Positions 63,477 through 64,000 of a stretch of 64,000 nucleotides of DNA are shown here, piece by piece (position 1 is the stretch's first letter; every line of letters starts with the position of its first letter). Below the pieces are notes generated by a model. It searched no databases. It had not been told where the DNA came from and worked only from the letters and a program-made list of their open reading frames with translations. A program made the position numbers and the translations under genes. This DNA is from Clostridia bacterium (lineage in GTDB: Bacteria > Bacillota > Clostridia > JAAYHZ01): the NCBI GenBank assembly GCA_050950825.1, contig JBMNIH010000007.1:160001-224000 (forward strand). Direction: 5' to 3'.

Positions 63477-64000
63477 TGTCCAAAAACTGATGGAATTGCC
63501 TGTCCAGATATTGCTGGTATATAATGGCCATATACATTCTATAGAAAGAAAAAAGCGTCCTTGTTTCAATGTGATACTGTTACAGCAGTAGCACCAAGGA
63601 CGTCCCCAAACTATGATCATTATATCAAAATATGAACTAGAAGAAAAGGCAGAAGAACAAGTTTTTATGTAAGAAGTTTGGAGCAGTTTCTATGTCCCTG
63701 CTGCAGGAGTAACCGTATGAAGGTTGTAGGGAGCAGGCCCAGGAAGTACCTGCAGGAGGATGCCTCGCAAGTGATATTGATAATACGCAGGCTGCGCTGC
63801 CTGGAATGTAACAAGATACATCACGAATTGCCCGATATACTGGTTCCATACAAACGGTACAAAAGCGAATGCATAGAGACAGTTGTAGCAGAAGATAACA
63901 ACACTCCGCTAGCAATAGCATGTGATGAATCTACGCTATACCGGTGGAAAAAGTGGTTTAACTCTTTAAGCAGGTATTTTGCAGGTTGCTTGCAGTCCAT
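63477..64000 (+). mobile_element. Left end of a probable DUF6431-associated transposable element, truncated by window edge
   Basis: Starts TG; TGTCCAAAAACTGATGG and TGTCCAGATATTGCTGG repeated 24 bp apart; GC content visibly rises; DUF6431-like gene follows. Confidence 0.5.
63613..64000 (+). CDS. DUF6431-like zinc-finger/HTH protein, partial, frameshifted at 63661-63667
   Basis: Manual translation MIIISKYELEEKAEEQVF then FYVRSLEQFLCPCC...IRRLRCLECNKIHHELPDILVPYKRY...DESTLYRWKKWF. Confidence 0.7.

Noticed and set aside
63637-63921. Minus-strand 94-aa ORF
   Set aside because: Antisense shadow of the DUF6431-like gene on the plus strand

Overview
Chromosomal window from a spore-forming member of the Clostridia (inferred from gene content and ribosomal-protein features). 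Bases 1-47485 are mostly core genome: the 3' part of a GltD/NfnB-type oxidoreductase, a DUF2975-like/XRE/lipoprotein operon, two tRNA-Gly, murB-rapZ-THUMP methylase, the S10-spc-alpha ribosomal superoperon and tRNA-Leu. An accessory stretch follows (SGNH-like protein, decayed gene, flavin oxidoreductase, MerR-RDD fusion, two ABC exporters, OFA-type MFS), then spoIID-queA-tgt-yajC, glpK, two ROK proteins, a PIG-L deacetylase, truA and rplM-rpsI. An AT-richer island begins 5 bp after the rpsI stop codon. It holds a 455-bp gene-less element with TGT...ACA termini and seven transposase-binding-like repeats (Tn7-like ends), an IS256-family element, a six-gene type I BREX system whose pglX carries two frameshifts, and the start of a DUF6431-type mobile element. 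The best candidates for novelty are the Tn7-like mini-element at the rpsI 3' end and an unassigned structured RNA of about 113 nt upstream of spoIID-queA. A frameshift in essential rpsJ shows the assembly probably contains indel errors, so other single-base frameshifts need read-level confirmation. All family assignments are from motif recognition; no database searches were run.
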